Origin: a virus
DNA: 64,000 nucleotides
Virus record (IMG/VR): IMGVR_UViG_3300027708_000030
Coordinates: 32,001-96,000 of that record
Strand: one strand, 5' to 3'
Shown: piece after piece, positions 7,268-16,198 of the stretch
Position numbering within the stretch: the first letter of the stretch is position 1
Layout of the letters: the number at the start of each line of letters is the position of its first letter
Made by a program: the position numbers and the translations under genes
Notes under the pieces: model-generated
What the model saw: only the letters and a program-made list of their open reading frames with translations
What the model was told of the DNA's origin: nothing
Databases searched by the model: none

Positions 7268-7296
7268 TTGATTTTAATTTGACTTTGGGGTATACT
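7268..7296 (+). promoter_or_regulatory. early-type promoter (TTGNNN-TTAATT class)
   Basis: TTGATT-TTAATT...17 nt spacer...TATACT. Confidence 0.65.
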
Positions 7297-7302
7297 TACG
7301 GT

Positions 7303-7442
7303 GTTAGGGTTGATAAAGAGTAGGTAATGCATTAGTCGTGTAACTCCTATGTAGCGTGTATATGGGCTCGGTGACCGACCAGTAATATAGTTTGGAGTGA
7401 TTTGAAAAGACCAGCAATCGTTTTTGATTCTGGTCTTTTTTG
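7303..7442 (+). ncRNA. putative ~140-nt sRNA
   Basis: Bounded by the promoter at 7268-7296 and terminator at 7405-7442; internal hairpins; no ORF. Confidence 0.5.
7405..7442. terminator. intrinsic terminator, possibly bidirectional
   Basis: AAAAGACCAG...CTGGTCTTTTT hairpin. Confidence 0.7.
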
Positions 7443-7466
7443 CATTTCTAGTTCTGAAATTGTAGT

Positions 7467-7542
7467 AAGTAAGTGCTAACTTACTTTTTGGTTAGTAAGC
7501 ACTTACTTCGATCGAGAGAATTTGGTAAGTAAGTGCTTACTT
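7467..7542. repeat. three 12-16 bp quasi-palindromes GTAAGYRCTWAC
   Basis: GTAAGTGCTAAC 7469-7480, GTAAGCACTTAC 7495-7506, GTAAGTGCTTAC 7529-7540. Confidence 0.85.
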
Positions 7543-7622
7543 CGCCAGCATGCGTCCGTCTCGTCGGCTATAAACCAGACGAGCAGGGTCCACGTCCACC
7601 CCAGTAACTTTCGAATAACTCA

Positions 7623-7651
7623 ATTATTCCTCAAGAGAGAATTAACGACAA
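7623..7651 (-). promoter_or_regulatory. leftward early-type promoter
   Basis: Minus strand TTGTCG-TTAATT...17 nt...AATAAT, same class as 7697, 7986 and 8343. Confidence 0.6.
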
Positions 7652-7662
7652 CCACTAATTAA

Positions 7663-7725
7663 TAACCCTCAACTTTGGTAGGGATCAAATTAGTTGTTGC
7701 CTTTAATTGCAAATTCAGTAATAAT
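7663..7725 (+). promoter_or_regulatory. palindrome plus early-type promoter
   Basis: TAACCCT..GTAGGG inverted repeat, then TTGCCT-TTAATT-17-AATAAT. Confidence 0.65.
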
Positions 7726-7754
7726 AAGCCATAAATTTGAAAAAAGGACTTAAA

Positions 7755-7970
7755 ATGATTTCTCGTGATTTTCTCTCTTCTTTGAACTTCCGTGTTATGG
7801 ACGAAACCGATAAAATGGGTTTCGCTGGGGTTCAATCGCCTGTTCCACTGATTGTTGAAATCAATGATCTTTTGATTATCATTGATGGTGATCGTTGTGA
7901 AGTTTACGGTGAAAATTCGGATTTTGGACCAGCAGAAATTTGCGAATCCATCAGCGAATTACCCTACTAA
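7755..7970 (+). CDS. early hypothetical protein
   Basis: AAGGA RBS before ATG 7755. Confidence 0.65.
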   Translation: MISRDFLSSLNFRVMDETDKMGFAGVQSPVPLIVEINDLLIIIDGDRCEVYGENSDFGPAEICESISELPY

Positions 7971-8014
7971 GAGTGGGGTTATTGCTTGCCGTTAATTCGG
8001 TTTGGATGTAAGAT
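7960..8014 (+). promoter_or_regulatory. palindrome plus early-type promoter
   Basis: ACCCTAC-TAAGA-GTGGGGT; TTGCCG-TTAATT-17-TAAGAT. Confidence 0.65.
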
Positions 8015-8040
8015 TACAGTATTGAAATTAAGGAAACAAA

Positions 8041-8310
8041 ATGAGTAAAACCGATAAAATTAAAGACTACGCATCCAAAGCCCAGTATTACTTGGAACTG
8101 GCTGACAAGTATCAGCAAATGGCTTTCGGCGAATTCGCTGACGCACAGTGCTACGACCTGCATAACGGGATTGAAGAAATGATGGACGAAATTGACGATC
8201 TGCTTATGGAAGTCTGTATCCCTCTTGAAATGAATACGATTGATATCGGCTCGGGTTTGTACGACGCACGAGAAGGAAACGAGGATTCTTTCTCAAATCT
8301 GGATAAGTAA
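8041..8310 (+). CDS. early acidic hypothetical protein
   Basis: AAGGA RBS; own promoter. Confidence 0.7.
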   Translation: MSKTDKIKDYASKAQYYLELADKYQQMAFGEFADAQCYDLHNGIEEMMDEIDDLLMEVCIPLEMNTIDIGSGLYDAREGNEDSFSNLDK

Positions 8311-8371
8311 CCCTACGGATTGTAGGGTTATCCAGAAAGTTGTTGTCGTTAATTCGTAGTTGCTGTAAGAT
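8298..8371 (+). promoter_or_regulatory. palindrome plus early-type promoter
   Basis: TAACCCTAC-GGATT-GTAGGGTTA; TTGTCG-TTAATT-17-TAAGAT. Confidence 0.7.
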
Positions 8372-8404
8372 TATGGTATTGAAATTGATTATGAAAGGTT
8401 TTTT

Positions 8405-9301
8405 ATGAATGTATCCGCTGTTTCCTTCGACGCCAAATCTGGCAACTACATGGCTAAAGTCGGTTCTAAGACTATCAAGTCTTACTCCAAAGCATACGTG
8501 GAGCGCAAACTCCGCAACATGGTTGGTGATGTAGAAGTTGCCATGGCTGCAGCTGTTGAGAAGTCTAACAAGTATGACATCAATACACGATTCGGTTTCG
8601 TGGAAAAGCTGGTTACCATGGTTGCCACTGGTGTTCAACCCTCTGCCGTGATTACTGGTGAAGGTGGACTCGGCAAAACATTCACTGTAACCAAAACCTT
8701 GGCTGCACATGGCTACAAAGATATTTCAGAATTAGCTGAATTCCAAGTGGGCTCTGTCATCAATACTGCAAAGTGTTTTATGATGGTCAAGGGTTATTCC
8801 ACTGCAAAGGGTTTGTATCGCACTCTGTTCGAGAATCAAAAATCCGTGATTGTGTTTGATGATTGCGACGCTGTTCTGAAAGATCCAGTTGCATTAAACT
8901 TGCTTAAGGGAGCATTGGACTCTTACGGCAAACGCATTATTTCTTGGAATGCAGACATGAAGGATGATGATCTGCCACGCAGTTTTAATTTCGAAGGACG
9001 TGTTATTTTCATTAGCAACATGGATCAAGATCGTATCGACCAAGCCATTCGTTCACGTAGTATGATGATTGACCTGAGCATGACTTTCGACCAGAAGATC
9101 GACCGCATGGAATACATTGCAAAGAGTGATGAGTTTCTCCCAGAGTACGATGCAAAGATCAAGTCTGATGCACTGGCTCTTATCCGTGAAGTCGGTAAAG
9201 AAGCCAAAGAGATTAGTCTCCGTACTCTTATTGCTGTGTCCAAGGTACGTGCTTCCAACAAAGAGTGGAAAGACCTTGCTACATACATGTTGACTGCTTA
9301 A
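8405..9301 (+). CDS. P-loop (AAA+-like) ATPase
   Basis: Walker A GEGGLGKT, Walker B VIVFDD, sensor FISN, arginine finger IRSR. Confidence 0.85.
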   Translation: MNVSAVSFDAKSGNYMAKVGSKTIKSYSKAYVERKLRNMVGDVEVAMAAAVEKSNKYDINTRFGFVEKLVTMVATGVQPSAVITGEGGLGKTFTVTKTLAAHGYKDISELAEFQVGSVINTAKCFMMVKGYSTAKGLYRTLFENQKSVIVFDDCDAVLKDPVALNLLKGALDSYGKRIISWNADMKDDDLPRSFNFEGRVIFISNMDQDRIDQAIRSRSMMIDLSMTFDQKIDRMEYIAKSDEFLPEYDAKIKSDALALIREVGKEAKEISLRTLIAVSKVRASNKEWKDLATYMLTA

Positions 9302-9769
9302 GGAGAGCATATGTTGAAATGGATATTGTTGATAGTAATAGTAGTAGCATTCCCTATAGAGGTAGAACATCTATTGGCAGATGTTGCAACAATCGCCAAG
9401 GATACAATAACATTAGTAATACAAGGATTTAAGCAATGAAGAAGAAAACACTAAACGAACTGTTACGTAAGAGATTAGGTATCAAGCCCACATTAGGGTA
9501 TTTACTAAGAAAGAGATTATCTAAATGATTAGATTCATAGTAGGACTATTCGTAGTATTCGGAGCAGCAGGTGGGATGGACAATGCAACCGATGGTGAAC
9601 TATTGCCATTATTGGGATTAGCCATAGTAGGACTAGTACTGATGTACTTCGGCTCTGAGAAACTGAAACAGATGTAAATCTGTATTCGGCTTAGGGGACA
9701 TATCTGTATTTGAAGGGACTCCTCCTCAGCCACACAATCGGGGGTTTAGCCACCATCATAATTACATCC

Positions 9770-9798
9770 TTGTCTTGCAATCATTCTTAGGGTATAAT
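9770..9798 (+). promoter_or_regulatory. sigma70-type promoter (TTGWCTTGCAA class)
   Basis: TTGTCT-17-TATAAT. Confidence 0.7.
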
Positions 9799-9881
9799 CA
9801 TATCTGTAGAGGGTTGCATCGATCGAGTTCAGATTGTCTGCAAAAATTCCCCGAGAAAATTTTCACTGTAAAAGGTTGCAT

Positions 9882-10109
9882 ATGAATGAAGTTTATATTC
9901 TTGAGATGTATAATCCAGACGAGGAATATCCAGGATCACAGTCACCGATTCTTGGTGTTTTCATTAGTAAAGAAAATGCAGAGATATATCGTAATGAATA
10001 CATTCGAGATCGTTATAGCATCGATGAAGAGGATTGTTCGGATCAAGATCTGATTAACGACATCTATCCTGTTGAGTTTTTCATTAACAGATTTAGAGTG
10101 ATGTCATGA
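9882..10109 (+). CDS. hypothetical protein
   Basis: AAAGG RBS before the internal ATG (MNEVY...). Confidence 0.6.
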   Translation: MNEVYILEMYNPDEEYPGSQSPILGVFISKENAEIYRNEYIRDRYSIDEEDCSDQDLINDIYPVEFFINRFRVMS

Positions 10110-10442
10110 CCACTGTAATCGCAATGGCTATAATTATTATTATGGAGTTAGCAAGAAAATGATTGTATATGATAATGATGGTAAGAACATAGTCATCTCC
10201 ACGACTCCTAGAGTTGAGTTTGATGATAATGTTCCAATATGGTTTATTAATGAGTTTCTTCGTAGAATGGCCAAGGGACAGATTAAGGTTAAGGATTCTA
10301 CTGGTAAAGAATTAAAGGTGTATTATGGTGAATGTTAAACAAGGAAATATTGCACGTCCTCCTCAGTGGTGGAAACACCTAAGAGACTGGAAACGAGTGT
10401 TTTGGAAGTCTGAACGACAAGCACAAAAGCGAGGTATTAAAA

Positions 10443-10784
10443 ATGAGTCTTGATGTTGATTTAATGGTTATAAAACCCACGAGTATCTTCTCTATGAATA
10501 TCACTCATAATCTTGGCAAGATGGCTACACAAGTTTTCTTGTCTAATGGTGATACTCTTTATGATGTTTTATGGCGACCAGAAGAAGTTGGTTATTACAC
10601 AGCTGAGGATATCTCTGCACTTTTACATGAAGGTATGGTTAAGTTAATTTCTTCTCCCGAAGAGTATAAGAGATATAATCCAGACAACGGATGGGGTGAC
10701 TACGATGGTCTTGTTGAATTTGTCAAACAATACTATCATGCTTGCCTAACGAATCCAGAAGCAGAGTTAAGAGTAAGTAGATGA
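10443..10784 (+). CDS. conserved phage hypothetical protein
   Basis: MSLDVDL..NITHNL..NPDNGWG.YDGL pattern; GAGG RBS. Confidence 0.7.
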   Translation: MSLDVDLMVIKPTSIFSMNITHNLGKMATQVFLSNGDTLYDVLWRPEEVGYYTAEDISALLHEGMVKLISSPEEYKRYNPDNGWGDYDGLVEFVKQYYHACLTNPEAELRVSR

Positions 10785-11005
10785 AACTGGCTGATCAATT
10801 TTCTAAGTCCGTACCCCAGAAGTGGAACTATGGAGACAGAGTATTCGCAAAGTGGGAAGGTGTTCCTCTCGTGGGTATGGTCATTCGTCAGAATGAGTTT
10901 GGAGTGCTAATTCATGCAGACCTTCCCCTCGGAGAAAGTGAAGGAAGACAGGTAGTATATTGCAATCCCAAGACAGTTAAAAAATTGGTTGTCTTTAATG
11001 AATAA
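10781..11005 (+). CDS. small hypothetical protein, possible SH3-like fold
   Basis: ATGA overlap; GDRVFAKW. Confidence 0.55.
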   Translation: MKLADQFSKSVPQKWNYGDRVFAKWEGVPLVGMVIRQNEFGVLIHADLPLGESEGRQVVYCNPKTVKKLVVFNE

Positions 11006-11023
11006 TTGGAGTATAATAGTACT

Positions 11024-11221
11024 ATGATAAAATTAGAAATCCCCTTTGAAGTTGCAGACGGCATTGTACTGGCATCGTTGAAGAATCACATTGGTTATCT
11101 TAGAGAAGAGATTCGTGCCCATGTTGAGGATGGTGCTTATCTTCATCCAGAGGATTACCATAACAGTATGGTGAATTTAATTCCAGCCATGCAACTGATT
11201 ATTGATTACTATGGTGGCTAG
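11024..11221 (+). CDS. hypothetical protein
   Basis: Follows the TTGTCT-17-TATAAT promoter at 10989-11017. Confidence 0.55.
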   Translation: MIKLEIPFEVADGIVLASLKNHIGYLREEIRAHVEDGAYLHPEDYHNSMVNLIPAMQLIIDYYGG

Positions 11222-11420
11222 AGTCTTATTGGTATTATTGTTATCAGGATGTTCCATGACAAAGATGGAAAACATCTATGTTGATAATTCTGCCACGAAT
11301 AACTTTGTTGGTAATCCTTGCAAGTTTTATGTTAGACTTGCAGGTGAAGCCAAGTGCATGATCATGAAACATGATGCAAGGAATCCAGAAAATCCATATA
11401 ACAATGAAAGAACAAAATGA
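11202..11420 (+). CDS. putative lipoprotein
   Basis: Hydrophobic stretch plus lipobox LLSGC. Confidence 0.55.
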   Translation: MITMVARVLLVLLLSGCSMTKMENIYVDNSATNNFVGNPCKFYVRLAGEAKCMIMKHDARNPENPYNNERTK

Positions 11421-11635
11421 CAGAACAAAAATTGAATAAACTTGTATTAGAAATAGATAATGTTTTAAGTAAGATGATTGTGGAATATGAATATGATCCA
11501 CTACATCTATCATCTATTATCCTTGCACGTCTTGTGAGGATGAATCAAGAGTTTGAAAGTCATGATGATTTTAATAAAATTATGAACTCAGCAATTTTGA
11601 AAAGACCTGCTGATAATGAAAGGACACTACAATGA
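11417..11635 (+). CDS. hypothetical protein
   Basis: ATGA overlaps at both ends. Confidence 0.6.
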   Translation: MTEQKLNKLVLEIDNVLSKMIVEYEYDPLHLSSIILARLVRMNQEFESHDDFNKIMNSAILKRPADNERTLQ

Positions 11636-12540
11636 AAATTGCAATATGTTCAGACGTCCATCTAGAATTCGGACAACTGGAATTAGAGAACACACAGAAT
11701 GCTGAAGTCCTTATTTTATCTGGTGATATTTGTACTGCTGTTGACCTTAGGGTTACCGATAGTATTTTATCTTCTGCTAAAACTGATAGGTATCTTGAGT
11801 TTTTTACTGCTTGCTCTCGTAACTTTCCTCATGTGGTTTATGTTATGGGTAATCACGAACATTACCATGGTGACTATGCTACTTCTGCAAGCATTCTAAA
11901 AGATGCACTAAAGCATCTACCAAATATTCATGTTCTTGACAAAGAAGTATTCACTCTTGGAGATTATGTCTTTCTGGGTGGCACTCTTTGGACTGACATG
12001 AATGCCGAAGATGAAATGACTATGAATCATGTTTCTCGTCGTATGAATGATTTTCAGATCTGTAAAAATAGTCTTAGGACTGTAAACTTCAGAACACAGG
12101 AACCAACTCTTGACGAGAATGGTGATCACAAGAAAGATGCTGAAGGTAAGCCAATGTATCATGCAGTCTTCAAGACTCGTGAAGCATACCTGTCTCCGCA
12201 GGATGCTGTGGAAGACCACAAAGCAATGTTGAAGTTTATTGAGACTAATTACAATATGACTCCTCCATGGATGACTACCATTGTAGTTGGGCATCATGCT
12301 CCAAGCAAACTTTCTGAGCATCCACGTTATAAAAAAGATCAACTCATGAATGGTGCTTACAATTCCAAGTTAGATCAATTTATCATGGATCGTCCAGGAA
12401 TTAAGTTGTGGACTCATGGTCATACTCATGAAGACTTTGACTACATGATTAAGGGTTGTCGTGTTGTTTGTAATCCTCGTGGTTATATCAACTACGAAGA
12501 TCGTGCAGATCGTTTTGAATTGAAATTCGTAGAGGTTTAA
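11632..12540 (+). CDS. metallophosphoesterase (calcineurin-like)
   Basis: SDVH, GD, GNHEHY, HHAP and HGHTH motifs. Confidence 0.9.
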   Translation: MKIAICSDVHLEFGQLELENTQNAEVLILSGDICTAVDLRVTDSILSSAKTDRYLEFFTACSRNFPHVVYVMGNHEHYHGDYATSASILKDALKHLPNIHVLDKEVFTLGDYVFLGGTLWTDMNAEDEMTMNHVSRRMNDFQICKNSLRTVNFRTQEPTLDENGDHKKDAEGKPMYHAVFKTREAYLSPQDAVEDHKAMLKFIETNYNMTPPWMTTIVVGHHAPSKLSEHPRYKKDQLMNGAYNSKLDQFIMDRPGIKLWTHGHTHEDFDYMIKGCRVVCNPRGYINYEDRADRFELKFVEV

Positions 12541-12541
12541 T

Positions 12542-12877
12542 ATGAGTGATTACACTCCAGACAGATGGATGATTGTTAAAATTACTGGACCAGTTGCATA
12601 TCCAGTCCATAAAGTTTTTGCTTGTTGGTATGGTGGTTATCTTGGTTCAGATTCTTGGAAACTAAACAGTGGTATCACAAGAGCATATGAAGATGGTCAT
12701 TGCTTCATGTTTGACGGAAACAGTGGTTCTACCTATGTTTGTCATAAGGCACATTATGGTGCTAGCAGTTATGGTTTTGGTGTTCTTGAGAATATGGTAA
12801 CCAAAGCACTTGATAATGGTGTTACAATTGAAGTATTACCTGAAGAAACTAACTGGTTGGAGATTAACTATGAATAA
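12542..12877 (+). CDS. conserved phage hypothetical protein
   Basis: TPDRW..WYGGY.GSDSWKLNSGI motif. Confidence 0.7.
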   Translation: MSDYTPDRWMIVKITGPVAYPVHKVFACWYGGYLGSDSWKLNSGITRAYEDGHCFMFDGNSGSTYVCHKAHYGASSYGFGVLENMVTKALDNGVTIEVLPEETNWLEINYE

Positions 12878-13070
12878 ACCTACGACATGGACAATTACAG
12901 TTGAGGAAGCAGACGATGGTAGTGGAGATTTAGTTCTTCCACTCACCGATGAGATTATGGAATCTGCTGGTTGGCAGATTGGTGATACACTCGAGTGGAT
13001 AGATAATAAGAATGGCACTTGGTCAATAAAGAAAATAGAAAATGAACCATCAACTAATACCACTGAATGA
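12870..13070 (+). CDS. AbrB/MazE-like DNA-binding protein
   Basis: GDLVLPL.DEI....GWQIGDTLEW swapped-hairpin pattern. Confidence 0.65.
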   Translation: MNKPTTWTITVEEADDGSGDLVLPLTDEIMESAGWQIGDTLEWIDNKNGTWSIKKIENEPSTNTTE

Positions 13071-13184
13071 TAAAGAAGAAGCAATTCTTACTTTAATGCA
13101 ACGTGTCAACGAACTTGAGTACGAAAACTCAAATTTGAAAGATGAAATTAAACGACTACAATGGTCACTTATGGAGCAAGACTA

Positions 13185-13475
13185 ATGAAATATACTTTAA
13201 TAGCTGAAGATGAGTTTGGTGGTTCAACAACCACTCGTGAGTTTACTGCAGATTATTTACCAGAAGTTCTGTCAGAAATTGAATTGTTTCTAAAAGGAGC
13301 AGGTTTTGTATTTGATGGTAATCTCGACTTTGTCAATGATTTCGAAACTGAGCCAGAATGGGAACCCGAAGAAGAGTGGAATACTGAAGAATGGTCTACA
13401 CCAGAGTTATATGACGAACAAGATTTACCAATGGGTAAGTCAAAATACTATTTCGACACCGAAAGGAACAAATAA
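13185..13475 (+). CDS. acidic hypothetical protein
   Basis: FLKGAGF motif; GGAG RBS. Confidence 0.6.
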   Translation: MKYTLIAEDEFGGSTTTREFTADYLPEVLSEIELFLKGAGFVFDGNLDFVNDFETEPEWEPEEEWNTEEWSTPELYDEQDLPMGKSKYYFDTERNK

Positions 13476-13840
13476 TGGGAATGCCACTTGATGTACTAAT
13501 GTTTCAACAAGCATGTGATCAAAAACCATCACCTGAAAACGCTGCATTATACAGATCTCTCATGGAAGAAGAGTTCAAAGAGTTCGTTGATGCTCATTGG
13601 AATCATGATGATGTTGAAATGCTTGATGGTTGCATGGATTTAATCTGGGTAACACTTGGATTTTGTCACATGAAGGGTTACGATGTTCAAAAAGCATGGG
13701 ATGCAGTGCTTCGAAGCAACATGGCAAAGGTTGATCCCACTACTCGCAAGGTTATTCGTCGTGAAGATGGTAAGATTTTGAAGCCAGAGGGCTGGACTCC
13801 ACCTGATTTGAGCAAATTTACAAAAAAACACTTGCCTTAA
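13475..13840 (+). CDS. MazG-like NTP pyrophosphohydrolase
   Basis: EEFKE..D..DLIWV..G..SNMAK..REDGKILKP. Confidence 0.8.
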   Translation: MGMPLDVLMFQQACDQKPSPENAALYRSLMEEEFKEFVDAHWNHDDVEMLDGCMDLIWVTLGFCHMKGYDVQKAWDAVLRSNMAKVDPTTRKVIRREDGKILKPEGWTPPDLSKFTKKHLP

Positions 13841-13866
13841 ATTGATTTTTGAGGTATAATTACATT

Positions 13867-14391
13867 ATGATTACATTATACTTAGACATGGATGGTGTGC
13901 TTTGCAACTTTGACAAGGCATATCGTGCTATTGACCCTGATAAAGCAGACCGAAAGAAGTTTCGTGAGGCAGTTTTCATGCATAAAATCTTTGAAGACTT
14001 AGAATTTATGCATGATGCTCATGTTTTGCTTGATTATGTTGCTAAACTCAAGGATATCAACATTGAAATTCTTACTTCAATGGGCACTTATGACGAATTA
14101 CAAGGTCATGAAGCAAAAACACAGAAGTTATACTGGTTACACAAGCATAACATTCCTTACAAAGCCAATTTTGTTCGAGCAAAACAAGAAAAAGCCAATT
14201 TTGCGCATGATAGATCAATTTTAGTTGATGATTCTACTGGTTGTATTAATCCGTTTAATGTTAAAGGTGGTCATGGTATTCTCCACACAAAATCTTCTGA
14301 TTCTATTCAACAAATTCATGATGTGATTCGTGGAATCAACGGATTACATGCATTAAAATTTGGTTTTGACTCAATGGGATCTTATGCTTGA
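13867..14391 (+). CDS. HAD-family 5'(3')-deoxyribonucleotidase-like protein
   Basis: LDMDGVL and ILVDD motifs; promoter TTGCCT-17-TATAAT at 13832-13860. Confidence 0.8.
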   Translation: MITLYLDMDGVLCNFDKAYRAIDPDKADRKKFREAVFMHKIFEDLEFMHDAHVLLDYVAKLKDINIEILTSMGTYDELQGHEAKTQKLYWLHKHNIPYKANFVRAKQEKANFAHDRSILVDDSTGCINPFNVKGGHGILHTKSSDSIQQIHDVIRGINGLHALKFGFDSMGSYA

Positions 14392-14674
14392 TATTTTTGG
14401 ACCAACTTTACAATGGATACGTGATGACTACTCTTCTAATCGACTTCGCTTTTTTGTTGAGCTCTGCGCTTGGGCTGTTAGTATTGGCTGTAGTATCACA
14501 ATGGCAGTCACAGTCCCTAATCCTCCTCTTATTCTATTATACCCTGTCTGGATTAGTGGTTGTGCTATGTATGCTTGGGCTAGTTGGACTAGGAAATCAT
14601 TTGGCATGCTTGCTAACTACATCTTGCTTACTTCCATAGATACATTTGGTTTAATAAGGATGCTTACTCAGTGA
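14384..14674 (+). CDS. membrane protein (~3 TM)
   Basis: Hydrophobic segments. Confidence 0.65.
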   Translation: MLDIFGPTLQWIRDDYSSNRLRFFVELCAWAVSIGCSITMAVTVPNPPLILLYPVWISGCAMYAWASWTRKSFGMLANYILLTSIDTFGLIRMLTQ

Positions 14675-15282
14675 ATATATTTTATCTTCACGAAGATACT
14701 AAAGAATGCGCAAAACAACATCTTGACAAACATGTCGTTAAGATGATTCTAGAATACGCACAACTTTTGTCTACTGCTCATCGTCTTCTTGACGGATATG
14801 AGTATGAAGGTAAGTCTATTTCTGGTCGCAAAGCAATGCGATGGAAATTAGATGATGAACGTGAAGATAATTTATATCTTGCGTCACATATGAAACATCC
14901 ATCAGGCATCTGGTGTCGTGAAACTTCTCGCAACTATATGTGGTTGTACTCTTTGTGGCGAGATCTCATGAAAGAATATACTTTCCGCTATGGCAAACAC
15001 CATGTTGCTGAAAGATTAATTCCTTTTCTTGATACTTTACCAACAAACATAAAATTTGATGGTATGACTCCAATGCCACAGTGTATGCCTGAAGATTATA
15101 AAGTTCCGACTGATTCTATACAAGCATATCACAATTATTACATTAATGACAAACAACCATTTGCTGTTTGGACAAATAGACCAATCCCAGAGTGGTATGT
15201 TTGTGAGTGGAAAGATAGAAATCACAAAGCAGTGTATCAAAAACAAAACGATAAAATAAAATTTAGAATGGTTCCCGCATAA
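14671..15282 (+). CDS. pyrimidine-dimer DNA glycosylase (DenV)-like protein
   Basis: NIFYL..DKHVVKMILEYAQLLSTAH..HPS.IW..QCMP..AYHNYY. Confidence 0.75.
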   Translation: MNIFYLHEDTKECAKQHLDKHVVKMILEYAQLLSTAHRLLDGYEYEGKSISGRKAMRWKLDDEREDNLYLASHMKHPSGIWCRETSRNYMWLYSLWRDLMKEYTFRYGKHHVAERLIPFLDTLPTNIKFDGMTPMPQCMPEDYKVPTDSIQAYHNYYINDKQPFAVWTNRPIPEWYVCEWKDRNHKAVYQKQNDKIKFRMVPA

Positions 15283-15929
15283 TGAGTTTAAATACATTTA
15301 ATAATTACGGATTTATTGAACATATCTTTACTGATAAAGAATTACAACCAATTCGTGATGAAATTGATGAAATTCAAGCAGACTTTGACATGCATCAACC
15401 ACAGCAATGGAATACTCGTCTCAGTGGCAACCTAAAAAGAGAATTTGCACTGCCAAAATCAATGAAACATGCAGAAACACTAATTTTACCACAAGTTGAA
15501 GAGTATGTTGAGTTTTTCAACTTTCTTAAAGACTCATTTCTCACAAGAGACGAAGTAGAGTTTAGTTTGAACTCACTTTGGGTGAATTTTCAAGCAAAAA
15601 ATGAGTTTAACCCACTTCATAATCATGATGGGTTCATGTCTTTCGTTATCTACACGAAAGTTCCATTTAAAATGAGAGATGAGTTGGCTGCATCTCCAGG
15701 AATTAACTCAAATAACAATGTTCCAGGTCATTTCCAGTTTTCTTACACTGGAATTCTTGGTGGCATCAGTAATCACTATGTTCCTGTTGATGAAAGTTAC
15801 GAAAACACCATGATGTTGTTCCCTTCCAAGTTAATGCACTGTGTTTATCCATTTTTTACCTCTGACGAATACAGAATTTCCGTTGCTGGCAATGTTTACT
15901 GTAATAGAAAGAATTCCGCCACTAAATAG
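15282..15929 (+). CDS. putative 2OG-Fe(II) oxygenase
   Basis: WVN..EFNPLHNH..FPS.LMH.V.P..RISVAGN. Confidence 0.8.
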   Translation: MSLNTFNNYGFIEHIFTDKELQPIRDEIDEIQADFDMHQPQQWNTRLSGNLKREFALPKSMKHAETLILPQVEEYVEFFNFLKDSFLTRDEVEFSLNSLWVNFQAKNEFNPLHNHDGFMSFVIYTKVPFKMRDELAASPGINSNNNVPGHFQFSYTGILGGISNHYVPVDESYENTMMLFPSKLMHCVYPFFTSDEYRISVAGNVYCNRKNSATK

Positions 15930-15946
15930 AGTTGTGAGGAGACATT

Positions 15947-16189
15947 ATGCCAACATATAGTTTTAGAAATAGAGAAACAGGCGAAATTCATGATGAGATC
16001 ATGCGCATTGCTGCTCGTGATCAATATCTACTAGACAATCCCCATTTGGAATCTATTATTACAAGTGCACCTGCATTTGCTGGGGATCATATCACCATTA
16101 AAAAAGATACAGGTTTTAAGGAGGTGCTACAAAGAATCCATTCTCTAACTCCAGGAAGTCAATTAGATAAAACATCATCCCAAATTTAA
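15947..16189 (+). CDS. FmdB-like regulatory protein
   Basis: MPTYSF...TGE...GFKEVLQRI; CTAAATA late promoter upstream. Confidence 0.65.
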   Translation: MPTYSFRNRETGEIHDEIMRIAARDQYLLDNPHLESIITSAPAFAGDHITIKKDTGFKEVLQRIHSLTPGSQLDKTSSQI

Positions 16190-16198
16190 GGAATTTCA

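Noticed and set aside
7460-7545. Mini CRISPR array
   Set aside because: Repeats are only 12-16 bp, in mixed orientation, with short unequal spacing.
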